A stretch of 63,987 nt of DNA, counting the filler, from Reticulomyxa filosa (Eukaryota > Protista > Foraminifera): the NCBI GenBank assembly GCA_000512085.1. It is 23 parts of 23 records of this genome, joined end to end, with 100 filler letters (N's around TTAATTAATTAA, not from the genome) between each part and the next. Parts side by side here need not be neighbours in the genome. Positions count along the whole stretch, not along the records: positions 1 to 3,924 come from ASPP01026268.1; positions 4,025 to 5,806 come from ASPP01021760.1; positions 5,907 to 6,987 come from ASPP01022939.1; positions 7,088 to 8,247 come from ASPP01049123.1; positions 8,348 to 9,739 come from ASPP01021802.1; positions 9,840 to 10,850 come from ASPP01012280.1; positions 10,951 to 12,462 come from ASPP01005256.1; 16 more parts are not named here. One strand, written 5' to 3'. Position 1 is the stretch's first letter. The number at the start of each line of letters is the position of its first letter. The notes below the pieces were generated by a model. It was not told where the DNA came from, searched no databases, and saw only the letters and a program-made list of their open reading frames with translations. Position numbers and translations under genes: made by a program. Below are positions 1 to 12,421 of the stretch, piece by piece.

Positions 1-371
1 AAAAAAAAAATTTTAATATTTAAAAACTACAAGATTAGTAGATTATTTTTTTTAAAAAAATTATGTTTAAATTTATTTTTCATGGAGAAAATCGATTCTT
101 TTCGTATAGTGCCATTTAGGTATGGCAGTTTTTTTTGCAATCTACTGTATTTTGTGTCAACAGACTTGATACAGAATTGGAGTAAAATTTTCTTTCTTTG
201 CGAGACATCTCACATTACTTCCTCCTTAAAAAAAACCATCAATTCAACTTTTGAATTTATATATTGCAAATGTTTTTGTTTGAATAATTTATTGCAATGT
301 AAAATACCTTTTTTGTTTTTCCCAAAGGGTCGTGTCTTTCCTTTTTAAAAAACTTCAGCAACATTAACAAC

Positions 372-1622
372 ATGGGTAATCGAGCCACAACACAAAAACC
401 TCGTGAAAGACAAACTAAGCAAACAAAACAAAGACAATATCTTATTACTTCAACTTCTTTTCAAAATTTGAAGGCTTTGCCCACATCGCTTTCTCACTCT
501 CAATGTGTGCTACACAAATACGAAATCCTCATTTGTGGAGGTTATCAACAAAGAGTTTGTTATTCTTATCATACACTCAAAAACGAATATAAGTTTATCT
601 GTGAGTATCCAAGTGATGTCCGATTATATGGACACTGTGTAGTGAAACTTGTAGATAACAACAAAGACAGAAATCAAATTACTTTGTTGTCTTTTGGATC
701 TTCTTGTGATGGAGGAAATAAGCATACATTGGTAATGAAATATGTAAGTGTTTGGAGCAATATATCAAAAAAATCAAACAATTACAATGAATGGATTCCT
801 TTCACAGACAATCACAATAATCCAATTATCATTGGAAGAAATCAAGATAATTATTATGGAGCGCGTGCAGTGATTTGTGGAAGCAATAATCATTTGTTAT
901 TTATCACTTATTGGAAAATAATATTAGTGTGTTTAATTTAAATACATTTCAATTTATTAAACATCATACTTTACCAAATAATAATTATAGTGGTTATCAT
1001 TGCTTTGTATTAAGATCAAAAAATAGACAACAAATGATGAAAACAAATAAACAAAATTGTCAAATGCTGTTATTTTGTAAAAAGACAGGATTATCAATTG
1101 AATATAATGAAGATAATATTTTTAAATTTCATCAACTACCTGTTTGTGATATTGCACCATTTGATTGTTATCATATGTGTATATCAATGATGTCATCTTG
1201 TTCTTTGGTGGATATAAGGGACTTCAAAATTAGTCCACAAATATTCAATTCGCGAAAACAAATGGACGATATTTCAAAACACTTTACCCAGTCCATTATG
1301 CCATTGTGTTGCAATATTGAGTAACGACAGCACTAGTATACATATAATTGGAGGACAATATGATAAAAAGATAACATTATCAACTCACATGAAGACAAAA
1401 GTGCGTGTATGGGATGTTTCACAGTTGGTAATGATTTGTTTATTTATTTATTTTGATCAAAAGCAAATAAATTTTATTGTATAAAACTTATTGACAAATA
1501 ATAAACAGTCAAAAAATGAAATAAAATGTGTTATTCGATATTGGATTCGAACTTTACAAATAAAATTAGGATGGATATATGATTTTGATAAAATTATTTT
1601 CAAATTCAGTATAAAGAAATAA
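372..1622 (+). pseudogene. Kelch-like beta-propeller protein of a lineage-expanded family, frameshifted (pseudogene or sequencing errors)
   Basis: ORFs 372-941 and 911-1324 carry kelch-like blades (SQCVLHKYEILICGG, GHCVVKL, GARAVICGSNNHLLFITY). Further blades (IHIIGG) continue out of frame to about 1427. GT-AG intron 1428-1508; last exon SKNEIKCVIRYWIRTLQIKLGWIYDFDKIIFKFSIKK* ends at 1622. N-terminal MGN is a possible myristoylation site. Confidence 0.7.
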
Positions 1623-2791
1623 AGTTTAAAATAGATATAATTGATCTTTTCATAAAGAAGCATAATTAAAATGTCTATAAATAAGTCTTCTTTAATATGG
1701 CTTTGATTTTGGTTTTATTTCATCTTTATTGATTTTTGTAAAATTTTTTTAAAAAGTTGACATCAAATATGTAAAATGCATAAAAGAATGTGTAATTTTA
1801 TCAGTATTTGTCGTTTTTGTAAAACAAGTGAATATTGAATAAAAAAATGATAATATCAATAAATGAAAATAGTCAGAAATTAGTAACGTGTCATTAATGC
1901 ATTGCAATTTTAAATCATAAATTACTTTTGTTTTTATGAACCACACATTTGACAACACAACTTTTACTTTTGTTTCAAGTCAATTAACCAATTTTAAAGA
2001 CCAAAATAATGAAAAAACAGAAAAGAAGACAAAAACAAATATAATTATTTTAATAATCATAAAGACACTATATTATGACAAAGAAATTAAAATGCTGCAA
2101 CATTTAAATTTCTTCTTGCTGTAATCTTCTGTATTGTTATTATTGTGTATATTCTTGCAATGTAGCAATGATTAAACACTTAAATGAACTATTAAATAAT
2201 AAGGATATCTAACAAGCAGACACTTGCAATTTGTAACAAAAAATTCTGAATAAAAGTAATTCACATCAATAACAAGACAACAAAAAGAATATCAGTAGAT
2301 ATAATCAATAATAATTAGTGATAGCATAAGAAACAAAAATCTCTACGTTCTTTGTTTAAGGTTTTGAAGTTTTTAATATATGGAATAGTGCAAGCTCAAA
2401 TCGTGATAGTATCTTTATCAAGCCTCTATCTTGGCTTTTTTTTAATATCATATGATTTGATATTAAAAAGTTCAACATAGTTTTTTTCTCTGCGTCATCT
2501 AATATGACCCCCCAAAAAAAGACAGCTAAAGTTATTTCATTATTTGTATATATAGTAACATTAGAATTAAACTAATCATTTCTTAAACCTGAAAATTCTT
2601 ATTTCCTTCATTCCTTAAATTATTGCATTGCAGGAATTTTTGGCACAAGAAAAAAATATTGCCGCTTTAATGTTTACAAATAGCATTGAATTATGTTTTC
2701 TAGTAATTGATTTATTTAGTGCAAAAGAGTAAACCAAACAAGCACTCAAGATTGTTAATTGCCATACACCAAATGAACAAGATTTGATGTT

Positions 2792-3878
2792 TCACAATGC
2801 CTCCCACAATAGGATTGCCTGCTCAGAAGATGTAACAATAGTATTACCATCAGGTGAAATATCTAGTCCTGCAATAAGATAAGAATATCCTTCCAAAACC
2901 TGTATTTGAATTCCCAATTTTACATCCCACAAGCGTATTGTGCGGTCCAATGAGCAAGATATAATAGTTTGATAGTCTGGAGAATATTGCACACCTCGTA
3001 TTCCACGTGAATGTCCGGTCAGCCTTCGAATTGTAGTTCCCGATCTTGTATCCCATATTCGAATTGTTTTATCATCTGAACAAGATATGATAAACAAGCC
3101 ATCTGAAGAAAATTGTATGTTACGCAAGCAGCCTAAATGTCCGCGCAATGTGTGAATTCTTTCATAAGTATTGGCGTTCCATATCACAATGGTTCTATCA
3201 AAAGAAGCTGATGCAATAAGCTGATTATCTGGTGAAAATCCTACATCATTAATATATCCGGAATGTCCTTCAAGCACTTTGATTTCTTGTCCAGATTTCA
3301 CATCCCACAAGCGAACGGTTTGGTCATACGAACCTGATACAATAGTTGTGCAATCTGATGAAAACTTTGCATTTACCACCACATTTGAATGTCCTTGCAA
3401 TTGTTTTAGTTCTCTCCCAGTGCTCGCATCCCATAATCGAATTGTTTTATCATCTGAGCATGATACAATTAATGTTCCATCAGGCGAAAATTGCGCGCTA
3501 TTTACCTTCTCTGAATGTCCTTTCAATATATGAAGTCTTATTCCTGATTCGACTGCTCTTATTTGAAGCGTTCCATCACCAAATGATAAAATTACTTTAC
3601 TTCCATCTGATGAAAATTTTACACGACACACATGAGCCGAATGCTTACAAAGTCGTTTCGACAGTTTGAAATATTTCATCTGTTTATTATTATTATTATT
3701 ATTATTATTATTGTGAATGAGTCACTCTACAAATTTATTTTTTTAAAAAAAGGAAATCCAAACAAGCAAATACAAGAATATATCGAGAAATGATGCAGTT
3801 AAAATCGTCAATCCATCCAATAGTAACCAATGAATTTTTTACCCATTGTTTAATTATCTTTTCAATTTTCTGTTGTAC
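2792..3878 (-). CDS. WD40-repeat protein (7 repeats), 5' end cut by contig edge
   Basis: ORF 2792-3679 has repeated GH..V....FS.DG..I.S.S.D.TIRLWD units. An upstream exon at about 3774-3878 (QQKIEKIIKQWVKNSLVTIGWIDDFNCIISRYIL) is joined by a GT-AG intron ending cag|ATG at 3679. Confidence 0.9.
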
Positions 3879-3885
3879 CTAGTTT

Positions 3886-3924
<39 letters not shown>

Positions 3925-4024
3925 NNNNNNNNNNNNNNNNNNNNNNNNNNNNNNNNNNNNNNNNNNNNTTAATTAATTAANNNNNNNNNNNNNNNNNNNN
4001 NNNNNNNNNNNNNNNNNNNNNNNN
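3925..4024. other. Artificial contig linker N44-TTAATTAATTAA-N44 (first of 22)
   Basis: Identical 100-bp spacer with stops in all six frames. It starts at 3925, 5807, 6988, 8248, 9740, 10851, 12463, 15172, 16573, 26517, 29053, 30752, 32267, 33768, 36798, 39292, 43073, 44334, 45887, 47381, 61516 and 62863. Confidence 0.99.
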
Positions 4025-5226
4025 TTTTTTTTGATTTAAACGGGCAAAAAGGGAAACTTCGTGGAACTATGGACTTCCCTACACAATTACAAAAACTCGC
4101 CATGTAATTAAAAATGATGTTTTTTGTAGACATAAACAAAATAAAATCTAAACAAAATTGGAAAGTGGTACTGATATACGGTTCACGAACTTTGTGATGG
4201 ATCAACACCTACAAGCAAATCTAATAGATAACTTTGCAGATTTTGATTTGGTCAAAAATGTGTGTTACAAACGGAGAATTAAATTATTTTTGGAGGATGA
4301 AAGTATATACGTTCTGTCAATCTAAAATTTGTAAAAGCATGATATCCAATAGAAGCACCCAAAAAACAAATACATATTAACTGTTAAAGTCCCAAAATAT
4401 TTAGAAAGAAAAGATTGAAAATTGTCGTTGATTTAAAAAATGAAAGGTGGAGGGCATGTGAGTATACAACCAAAAGACGGTTCGTAGATCACAACTAAAA
4501 GTGGGCAATGTCTGTTTGTTCCAAAAAAAAGAAAGAGCGCTTGTTGTAACCACCCACAAGACAAAAATAAAATAATATAACAATAATAATAGTAGTCACA
4601 TGTATTTTATATGAGCATGTGAAGGGAAAAGGAGGACGGACGGAAAAAAAACAAAACAGAACAAAATCAAAGACAAGGTCAAAAAGGTAATTTTTCACAA
4701 CGACAAAAAAAACAAATGAAAGAAAAAAAAGCAAATAAACAAATCACAAAAATGCTTAATTCCCACTAAACACACACCGATACAAAGAAGAAAAACCAGA
4801 TAAAATAATGACCCGACAAAAAAAGCAACAAGAAAACACGTAAAAAATAGAACTCGACTCAATCAAAGTGAAGAAGGACTGGACAAATACCACAGTAAAC
4901 TTCACATAAAACCAATTTGTTAAAATGTTTTTAATCCAAAGCAAATCAAAAACAAAAGTACAAAATAACTAGTAAAATAATTTATTTTTTTTAACAAACT
5001 TTTTTTGTTTGTGTTTTTTTTTATACGTATTTATATAATAAAAATGACTTTTTTCAGTTCGGACCTCATACATCATTACTCTCTTCACTATTTTGATTGC
5101 CAGATGCCTATGATGATATTTTTGTTTTTTTTGAAATATCGTGGTTTCGACTTCTCCATCAGATTGCCTTCAGGTTATAGAATATGAAAAAAAAAAATTA
5201 TGTCAAATTAAAAAAAAAAAAAAGGA

Positions 5227-5740
5227 TTAACGTAAGAAACAGTGAAGAAGAAAAAAACAAAAAGGAAAAAAAAAAAAAAAAAGAACGTAAACAAAAATGA
5301 CGCCTTCTTCATCATCATCCTCATCATCATTATCCGAGTCCGTGTCGTTTGAAATTTCAGGAAAATCTATTGACTCAGTACGTTCCTTGGAGGGGTCACC
5401 TGAGGCTTCTGGTCGGGAAAACGATGGTCTGGCAACCAATTCTTTCTTTTTTTTTTCTGACTTTGGTTTTGTATTTTTCGCAATTGCGTCACTGTGCAAA
5501 ACTTGAGTTTGAACTTGTTGCGTTTTGTTCATGTAATCCAACATTTGCAAGGCTATTTTCTTTTTATTGGGAGAATCGAATCCTATTTCCACCCATTGAT
5601 ATTGACTTTGCGAATCATTTTCCAAAAAGTTGATAAAAGTTGGACTACACGCTCCCAAATCTTTTCTTAATTTCAACTGACTTACGTTAATCGGAACACA
5701 GGTTCGAATGCAATTTCCTGTGATATCATTAGCTTTGTTA

Positions 5741-5793
<53 letters not shown>

Positions 5794-5806
5794 GTTATTA
5801 TTATTA
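5227..5806 (-). CDS. Partial hypothetical protein exon (poly-Asn start, acidic tail)
   Basis: Open frame runs from the (AAT)n at the contig edge through KLRKDLGACSPTF...DSDNDDEDDDEEG into a T-rich intron-like tract. No family recognised. Confidence 0.4.
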
Positions 5807-5906
5807 NNNNNNNNNNNNNNNNNNNNNNNNNNNNNNNNNNNNNNNNNNNNTTAATTAATTAANNNNNNNNNNNNNNNNNNNNNNNNNNNNNNNNNNNNNN
5901 NNNNNN

Positions 5907-6987
5907 CCCCCCCCCCACATAAAAAAAAAGTATTGTTAGTTCTTTATAGGAAAAAAGAAATATATTTGCAGATGGAATTCCAAATGATAGTTATAAATAT
6001 TTTTTGTCTATTATTTAAAAGATTTATAAACAGTAACTTTGTTTGTGTGCATATAGGTCAGGAGCAACAAAACTGTGGCAGCGTATGCATCTATATTGAA
6101 AGTGGGGTTGGAAAAAAGGGGAAAATAAAGAATAAGGGGGGAAGAAAATGGAATAATAAAAAAAAAAAAAAAGGTGAATAAAAAAAAAAAAGGTAGTAAT
6201 AAGGAAAAAAATGGATAATAAAAAGAAAAATGGAAAAAGAAAAAAAAAGAAAAAAGTGATAGAAAAAAAAATAAAAAAGGACATTTATAGGAAAAAATAA
6301 TGAAAAAGAAATAATAAGAAAAAAAAGAAAAAAGATTATAAAGGAAAAAAAATTTATATTTAAAATAATTAATTTTTTAAAATGTTTGAAAGTGATTATC
6401 CCGCGCGGGATAACAACATGAATTAAGTACGTTTTTCTCTTTGTGTGTGTTTGTTTAAAAAAATGTATGTGTTGTTGAATGTTATAGAACTCGAAGGTAG
6501 AAATGTGTTCGTTACGCAATGCTTTACTCGATCACTTCAACTCGTAAATGCGCATAACTTGGTTAATATTTGTTGCTTCCTTTTATGTGCATTGATGATC
6601 ATGATGTGTGGTGACTCCAGATATTGACAAGGCAAAGATGTAAGTAAATATTTCAATTGATATGACTTTCGTGTTGACTTGGTGGAAAATATTATTGCAA
6701 TTTAGTTTATGACTGGATTGTTTTTTTGGATGTAAGAAAACTGTTGTTATCGTCAAGTAAGATTGGCAGGAAATGGTTGGCTTGATTGATTCGAGTGCAT
6801 TTGAAAGAAGGTTAAAGTTTGATTATTATCTTTCTCTCAAAACAATTAGAATCAATTTGCTGTTTTTGTTTTGTTTTTACAACAACTAGAATATGTTAAG
6901 TCCACAGATTGCAATCACAATTGGAGAAGAAGAAATGAAAATATCAAAGCAATAACGTAAACATTGATATGAACTATGCGTGATAAT
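5907..6987. repeat. Dispersed repeat copy, homologous to about 48190-48620 and 50300-50390
   Basis: Shared blocks: tacaacaactagaatatg(t/c)taagtccacag (6878-6907 vs 50358-50387), the same long A/G-rich tract, and tatccc...ggataacaaca followed by taagta (about 6396-6430 vs 48559-48590). Confidence 0.7.
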
Positions 6988-7087
6988 NNNNNNNNNNNNN
7001 NNNNNNNNNNNNNNNNNNNNNNNNNNNNNNNTTAATTAATTAANNNNNNNNNNNNNNNNNNNNNNNNNNNNNNNNNNNNNNNNNNNN

Positions 7088-7520
7088 TTTCAAAATATAA
7101 ATGGATATGATTGTTATACATCCAGAGATTTACTTGAAGGACTTGTAATGAAATTGAATGAAACACAAATCGACTCTGTTTCCACATGTTTGATTAATGG
7201 ACTCAAACGTAACAATAAAGAGAATCGAAAATTGTATGTAGTTGGGTTTCTTTCAATGAAATTAAATAAAAAGCAATTGGATGATGTTTTCAAATGTTTG
7301 AATGGAGCAAAAGATGAACATAAATATATTGTGCATTATGGAAAAAATAACTTGAAACAAAATTGAATGCCAAACAATTGTATTTATTGCCGATATATTT
7401 GTTGGAAAGAGCAAAAAAGAAATGTGAATCGTATATTCAAGGTACATTATCAAAAATATCCGAAGATTTTCTTCAAAACAATTGAAAGTAGAATATGAAG
7501 AAATATATAATGGAATGGTA
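7088..7520 (+). pseudogene. Degraded HEAT/ARM-like repeat protein fragment
   Basis: Two similar units, MKLNETQIDSVSTCLINGLK and MKLNKKQLDDVFKCLNG, followed by out-of-frame continuation. Confidence 0.5.
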
Positions 7521-8347
7521 CAAACTCTTGTTCAAAAGCAAGTAATTGCATCGATCTTATGTCTGGTAATGATGCAACTCTTATTCCCAGATAATTTTGA
7601 GTGTTGTTGAAAAAATAAAATGAATTTATTAATTTTTGTTTACTGAATCTTCCAAATAAGTCAAATTTAATCACGTTTCTTTTTTCATTACGCATCAATA
7701 TTATCTTAGATTACTTCATGTCAAATTTTCATTTAATTTTTCACACTTTAAAATGCACTTTTTCCAAAGATGATCCACTACAAAGATAATTGTATTGAAT
7801 CAAAAAATATAAAATCACCAATTAATGATTATTCAAAAATTGATGAAAAAATATTCACATAAAATTGCAGTGAGACATGCAAAAAATATTATTAATAAGT
7901 AGTTGATTATCGTATAACTTAGAAAAATTTGATTATTTGGTGCAAGAAGATTGGAGAAACAGTTGATCGTACAATTGATCATATTAAACAAACAATGTAG
8001 TGAATTCAATGAAAAAACTACAACTATAGGCTCATGCCTTTGAATGAATAAAGTGCTATTGGCGCAAGTATGATGAACAGAGCATAACGCATCTGACGAA
8101 CAGTCAGTCGTGATGAACATCATCTTTGCGCGAAGAAGTGCCCTTTCCAAATGAGTGGACTTTAATTACACTTGCATAGCCAACGCAGTCTCTGCACGCG
8201 TGAACAAAACAGTTCGTATTGTAAACTCCATATCTACAAATTGCAACNNNNNNNNNNNNNNNNNNNNNNNNNNNNNNNNNNNNNNNNNNNNTTAATTAAT
8301 TAANNNNNNNNNNNNNNNNNNNNNNNNNNNNNNNNNNNNNNNNNNNN

Positions 8348-8490
8348 CAGTGTTTGTACCTTTGTCCTCTGAGTATTCCATCGCCACTGTTTGCAATAGG
8401 TTCAAGTTGCTCCAATCCTATAATTGGCACATCTACATGTTGGTAATGCCGAACCTGTCGTCTTCCCGAATGTATTTGATCACACCTGTA
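8348..8490 (-). pseudogene. CAP-Gly domain fragment, frameshifted
   Basis: Minus strand reads GVIKYI... then, in a shifted frame, VPIIGLEQLEPIANSGDGILRGQRYKH. This matches the CAP-Gly pattern G.V.Y.G...G.EL..P....DG...G.RY. Confidence 0.5.
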
Positions 8491-9839
8491 AAAAAATTAA
8501 CAGATTTTTTTTTTAAGCTGTCAAAAATCGGTATGCGATTCAACATGTACGTATGCTTAAAAAAAAAAACAACACCGTCGCTGTAGTGTATCCGTCACTG
8601 GTTGCAATTGTGGTACCATATCTTTCTTTTCGAGGATCTTTTTTTTCATTGAATCTGCTTTGGAAAATCTTGACTTCAAAAACAACTGCAAACTTTATCG
8701 ACGATCATTAAGTTTACTTCTTTCCACTGTTGAGAATTCTGTAGAAGCGTCATTTTTTTTTTGAATTGTATTATTTTGATAAAGATCAGATCTTTAAAAA
8801 AAGATGGGTATACGTTGTTTCTCTCCTTAGCAACTACTTTGTCATCATCTACACAAAAAAAAAGTTATGTTTGTTAATCCGATTCTCACCACTGGAATCA
8901 TCAGAAATTATAATTTTGTTTAAATATCTTTGTTGCAATGGCAGTAAGTCGATTTTTTTTAGGTGTTGCTGAAGATTTATCATTGAGTTGATTGTGTATA
9001 CATTTACCTGTGATTTCTTGTATTTTGTATCAGATATTTTTCCTACTGATGATAATTTCAACTTCATCTCAAATTGAACCATTGCTAATTTTATTATGCT
9101 TTGTTTTTTAGAATCATTTTCTATAAGATAACCAATGCTCTGGATGATCAATATATTAAAATATTAGAGATTTCAAATGTTTTGAAATGAGATTGATCAC
9201 AATGAAATGATAAAAAAAAAATACATAAAAACGTGATCCTGCTAAATAGATTGGATGAAATAGCAAAAAAATTAATATACTCTCTTGACTGTGAAGATAG
9301 ATGTACAACGTCAATCTGAATGTTGCCAATGTCAGGAGAGACCACAATAGGATAGCGTATTTGTTTTGGCATCTTCTTTTCGAATAGTGTTGTTGTCTTG
9401 GGTACACACTTTCTTTTTCGGTAACTTTTGCACTTCGCAAAGGAGAGCATTGGTGAAGGAACTATCAAGAGCGAGTTCCATATTGTAGAAGTTTGCTTTA
9501 TTAGATTGTTTGAAGAGAAGAGCCAAAACCACAGTTGTAATATCCAAGAGAGTTTTTTCTAAAAAGGGGAAAGTTTTTCTCTTCAATAGAAAAATAATTA
9601 CTCAATGAAAAATAATTAATCATTCAAAAAAAAAAAAATTTAATTTTTAATTATCTGTAATTAATCCGTTTTTTGGAATTATAATTGTAGAAATGCAATA
9701 CAAAAATTTAAACAATTATTTTTTTCAAATTTTTTTGTANNNNNNNNNNNNNNNNNNNNNNNNNNNNNNNNNNNNNNNNNNNNTTAATTAATTAANNNNN
9801 NNNNNNNNNNNNNNNNNNNNNNNNNNNNNNNNNNNNNNN

Positions 9840-9874
<35 letters not shown>

Positions 9875-10713
9875 TCAAGTGATGAAGGAGACAAAAGGCA
9901 AAAGCAAAAGCAAAAGCAAAAGTTCACATCGAACAAATGATAACGATAACGACAATGCAAAAAAAAAAGACGAACACACACATGACCAATCCGACAAAGG
10001 GCGTGTCACTTCTTCAAAGGACAGGAAATCACACAGTCGATCTAAATCAGGTATCTTTGTTTTTTTTTATACTCTAAAAAAAAAAAGTTGAGAATAGTCT
10101 TCGAGGTTCAATAGATACATATGTGCGTATGTGAATGCTTATACTCTTTCTCTCTCTCTCTATCTCTATCTCTATCTTTCTATCTATCCTCCCCCATGGG
10201 ACAGACAGACGTGGCGACGGCAGAAACAGAGATCGCGACTATGAGCGAGACAGGGACAGAGACAGAGACAGAGATCGTGATAGAGCTCGTAATCGAGATA
10301 GGGATGTGACGAGATATTCCAATAGAAGGTATCGTGGGACCTATCGCTACAACGCACGAAGCAAGAGCAAAAGCAGGAGCAGAAGTCGAAGTGCCAGCAA
10401 CAGCCGAAGCAGAGACCGACGCAGAGACTATCGCAGACGAGGATTACAGGGTGAAAGGCACAGAGACCGTGTCAGAGACAGAGCACGCAATAGAAATAAA
10501 GGCGGTAGCCGAAGTCGCAGCAAGAGTGGAAGTGGATCGGAAAGTGGAAAGAGTAAAAGCAAAAGCAAGAGCAAGAGCAAGAGCAAAAGCAAAAGCAAAA
10601 GTAAGAGTCGCACAAAGAGCAATGAGTCTAATGACAGCAAAAGCAGCAAATCTACCCACTCCAAAAGTGAATCCAAGTCACGCAGTGCTTCCAAATCAAG
10701 CAAAAGCTCGTGA
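9840..10713 (+). CDS. Arg/Ser- and Arg/Asp-rich (SR-like) protein, C-terminal part
   Basis: RDRDRD, RSRSRS and SKSKSK low-complexity tracts. Probable intron from about 10051 (g|gtatct) to about 10205. Stop at 10713. Confidence 0.6.
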
Positions 10714-11021
10714 GGTGGTCTTAGCTATTTCTTCGTCATTTTCTCTTTTTCTTTGTATCGCTATTCGCATCATGAACTAAAAGATATGACACACGGGGCA
10801 AGGCAAGAGAGGAGAAAAAAAACGTCTTTTTTCCCCTCCCCTCAATAAAANNNNNNNNNNNNNNNNNNNNNNNNNNNNNNNNNNNNNNNNNNNNTTAATT
10901 AATTAANNNNNNNNNNNNNNNNNNNNNNNNNNNNNNNNNNNNNNNNNNNNTAAGTCGCACTTCTTTATACGTACAATTGTATACATAAACGTATGGCCAA
11001 TGTATATGATGATTACTGCAG

Positions 11022-11593
11022 ATGCTTGGCGTCCAATATGAACCAAGAGCCGGAACAAGAAGTAAAAGGCCACTTTGCAAGGCTGGACAAAGACGGGGAC
11101 GGGTTTTTGGACTTGCCCGAATTGGAACAGTTTTTGTTGGATATGGGCTATGCCCCGAGCGCGGTGAAGGAGGAGGCGAAAAGAATCCTTACAAGTGCCG
11201 ATCAGAACAAAGACGGTACAATTGACTTTGATGAGTTCAAGGCTGTGTGGCAACGCAACATGTTATCGCAGCAAGATGAATACGTTCACAGAGTCTTTGC
11301 TGTCTTTGATGACAATGGAGATGGATTCATTGATGCCTCGGAACTCCAAGGCGTTTTGGGAGAGGATTTCAAAACTATCTATGAAATGATTAAGGAAGTT
11401 GATGAAAATCACGATAATAAAATTAGGTAGCTTTTTTTCTTTTTACATATACTTATTATATGCATATATTTTATTGTGAACTTTTCGTTTGATGTTTTTG
11501 TATAGTCTTGAGGAGTTCAAGAAAGCAATGAAAGAGGATGTTGGAAAATTGGATGGAGGACTTGCCGGAGTTAGTAAAATTAAAGGCAATTAG
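11022..11593 (+). CDS. Calmodulin-like 4-EF-hand C-terminus, probably of a CDPK-type kinase (partial)
   Basis: EF loops DKDGDGFLDLPE, DQNKDGTIDFDE, DDNGDGFIDASE, DENHDNKISLEE. Intron 11427-11505 restores KIS|LEEFKKAM. Acceptor ctgcag at 11021 indicates upstream exons are missing. Confidence 0.85.
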
Positions 11594-12019
11594 ATTTAAT
11601 CAGTTATTCAAGAAATGTTTTTCAAAGCAAAGCGCGGGCTCCTTTGTTGTTCCTTTTTTTTTTTTTTTCTTTCCAAAAGTTGCTTGTGCTTTTTTGGAAC
11701 GGATGTGAAATACTGTAATTCCCGCTTTTGGACAACTTTAGAACACGTGATTTACATTTTCTGCATCTCTTTTTGGTGCTTACTTTGTTTGAATTTTACT
11801 GGCTCATCTTTGTTTATAAAGAATGAACCAGTTTTTATTGGACACTGGACAAAACAAAGTTTTTTTTAGTTTTTTTTTTAAAAGCAAAGATACACATTCT
11901 TGATTTTCCTAAATTGAAAAAAAATAGTATTTTTATGTCTCTTTTGAGTATAACGCAAATTGAACGTGTGCAACCTAGACACAAAAAAAAAACTTGTTTT
12001 CAGACTTACGACTAATGTG

Positions 12020-12421
12020 ATGAACGAGCAGCTTCTGCTCTATGGTTGGTCTGCTGTCTTTGTGGCCATCTTGCTTTGGCTGTTCCTGAATTACATCCAG
12101 CCACACTTGAACAGTTGTTGCCGTACTTCACAACAACAAGCCAGTTCAGTACAGACAGCACCAGATGAAAAATTAGAAGAAATTCGGCGTAAACAACAAG
12201 AGAGATTCGATCGACTCACAGAAATTCACATAAATACAACAAAGCCTCCTCAATCCAAAGATGAAGAGAAATTTAAAAAGACAGTTGCATTTCGATATGC
12301 GACCACAGGTTCTTACTCTAGTGATCGTCCCAAACCTGGAGCAAATGCTCCTGAAAATGGAAACTATCGACCAAATCCTAAAAATCGCTGTAGCAAACCT
12401 CGTGGAGGTGGATGAGGTTAG
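12020..12421 (+). CDS. SELENOS: Selenoprotein S-like membrane protein with UGA-encoded Sec at the penultimate position
   Basis: N-terminal YGW plus TM helix (LLYGWSAVFVAILLWLFL), a coiled segment (DEKLEEIRRKQQERF), and a G/P/R-rich tail ending YRPNPKNRCSKPRGGG-TGA(12413-15)-GGT-TAG(12419-21). This gives GGUG*, as in vertebrate SelS. Confidence 0.75.

Noticed and set aside
6024-6519. Phe-rich membrane-protein-like ORFs
   Set aside because: Translation of the A-rich repeat tract on the opposite strand.
10334-10780. Overlapping alternative ORFs (poly-Leu, Ala-Lys) around the SR gene
   Set aside because: Shadow frames of low-complexity RS/SK codon repeats.
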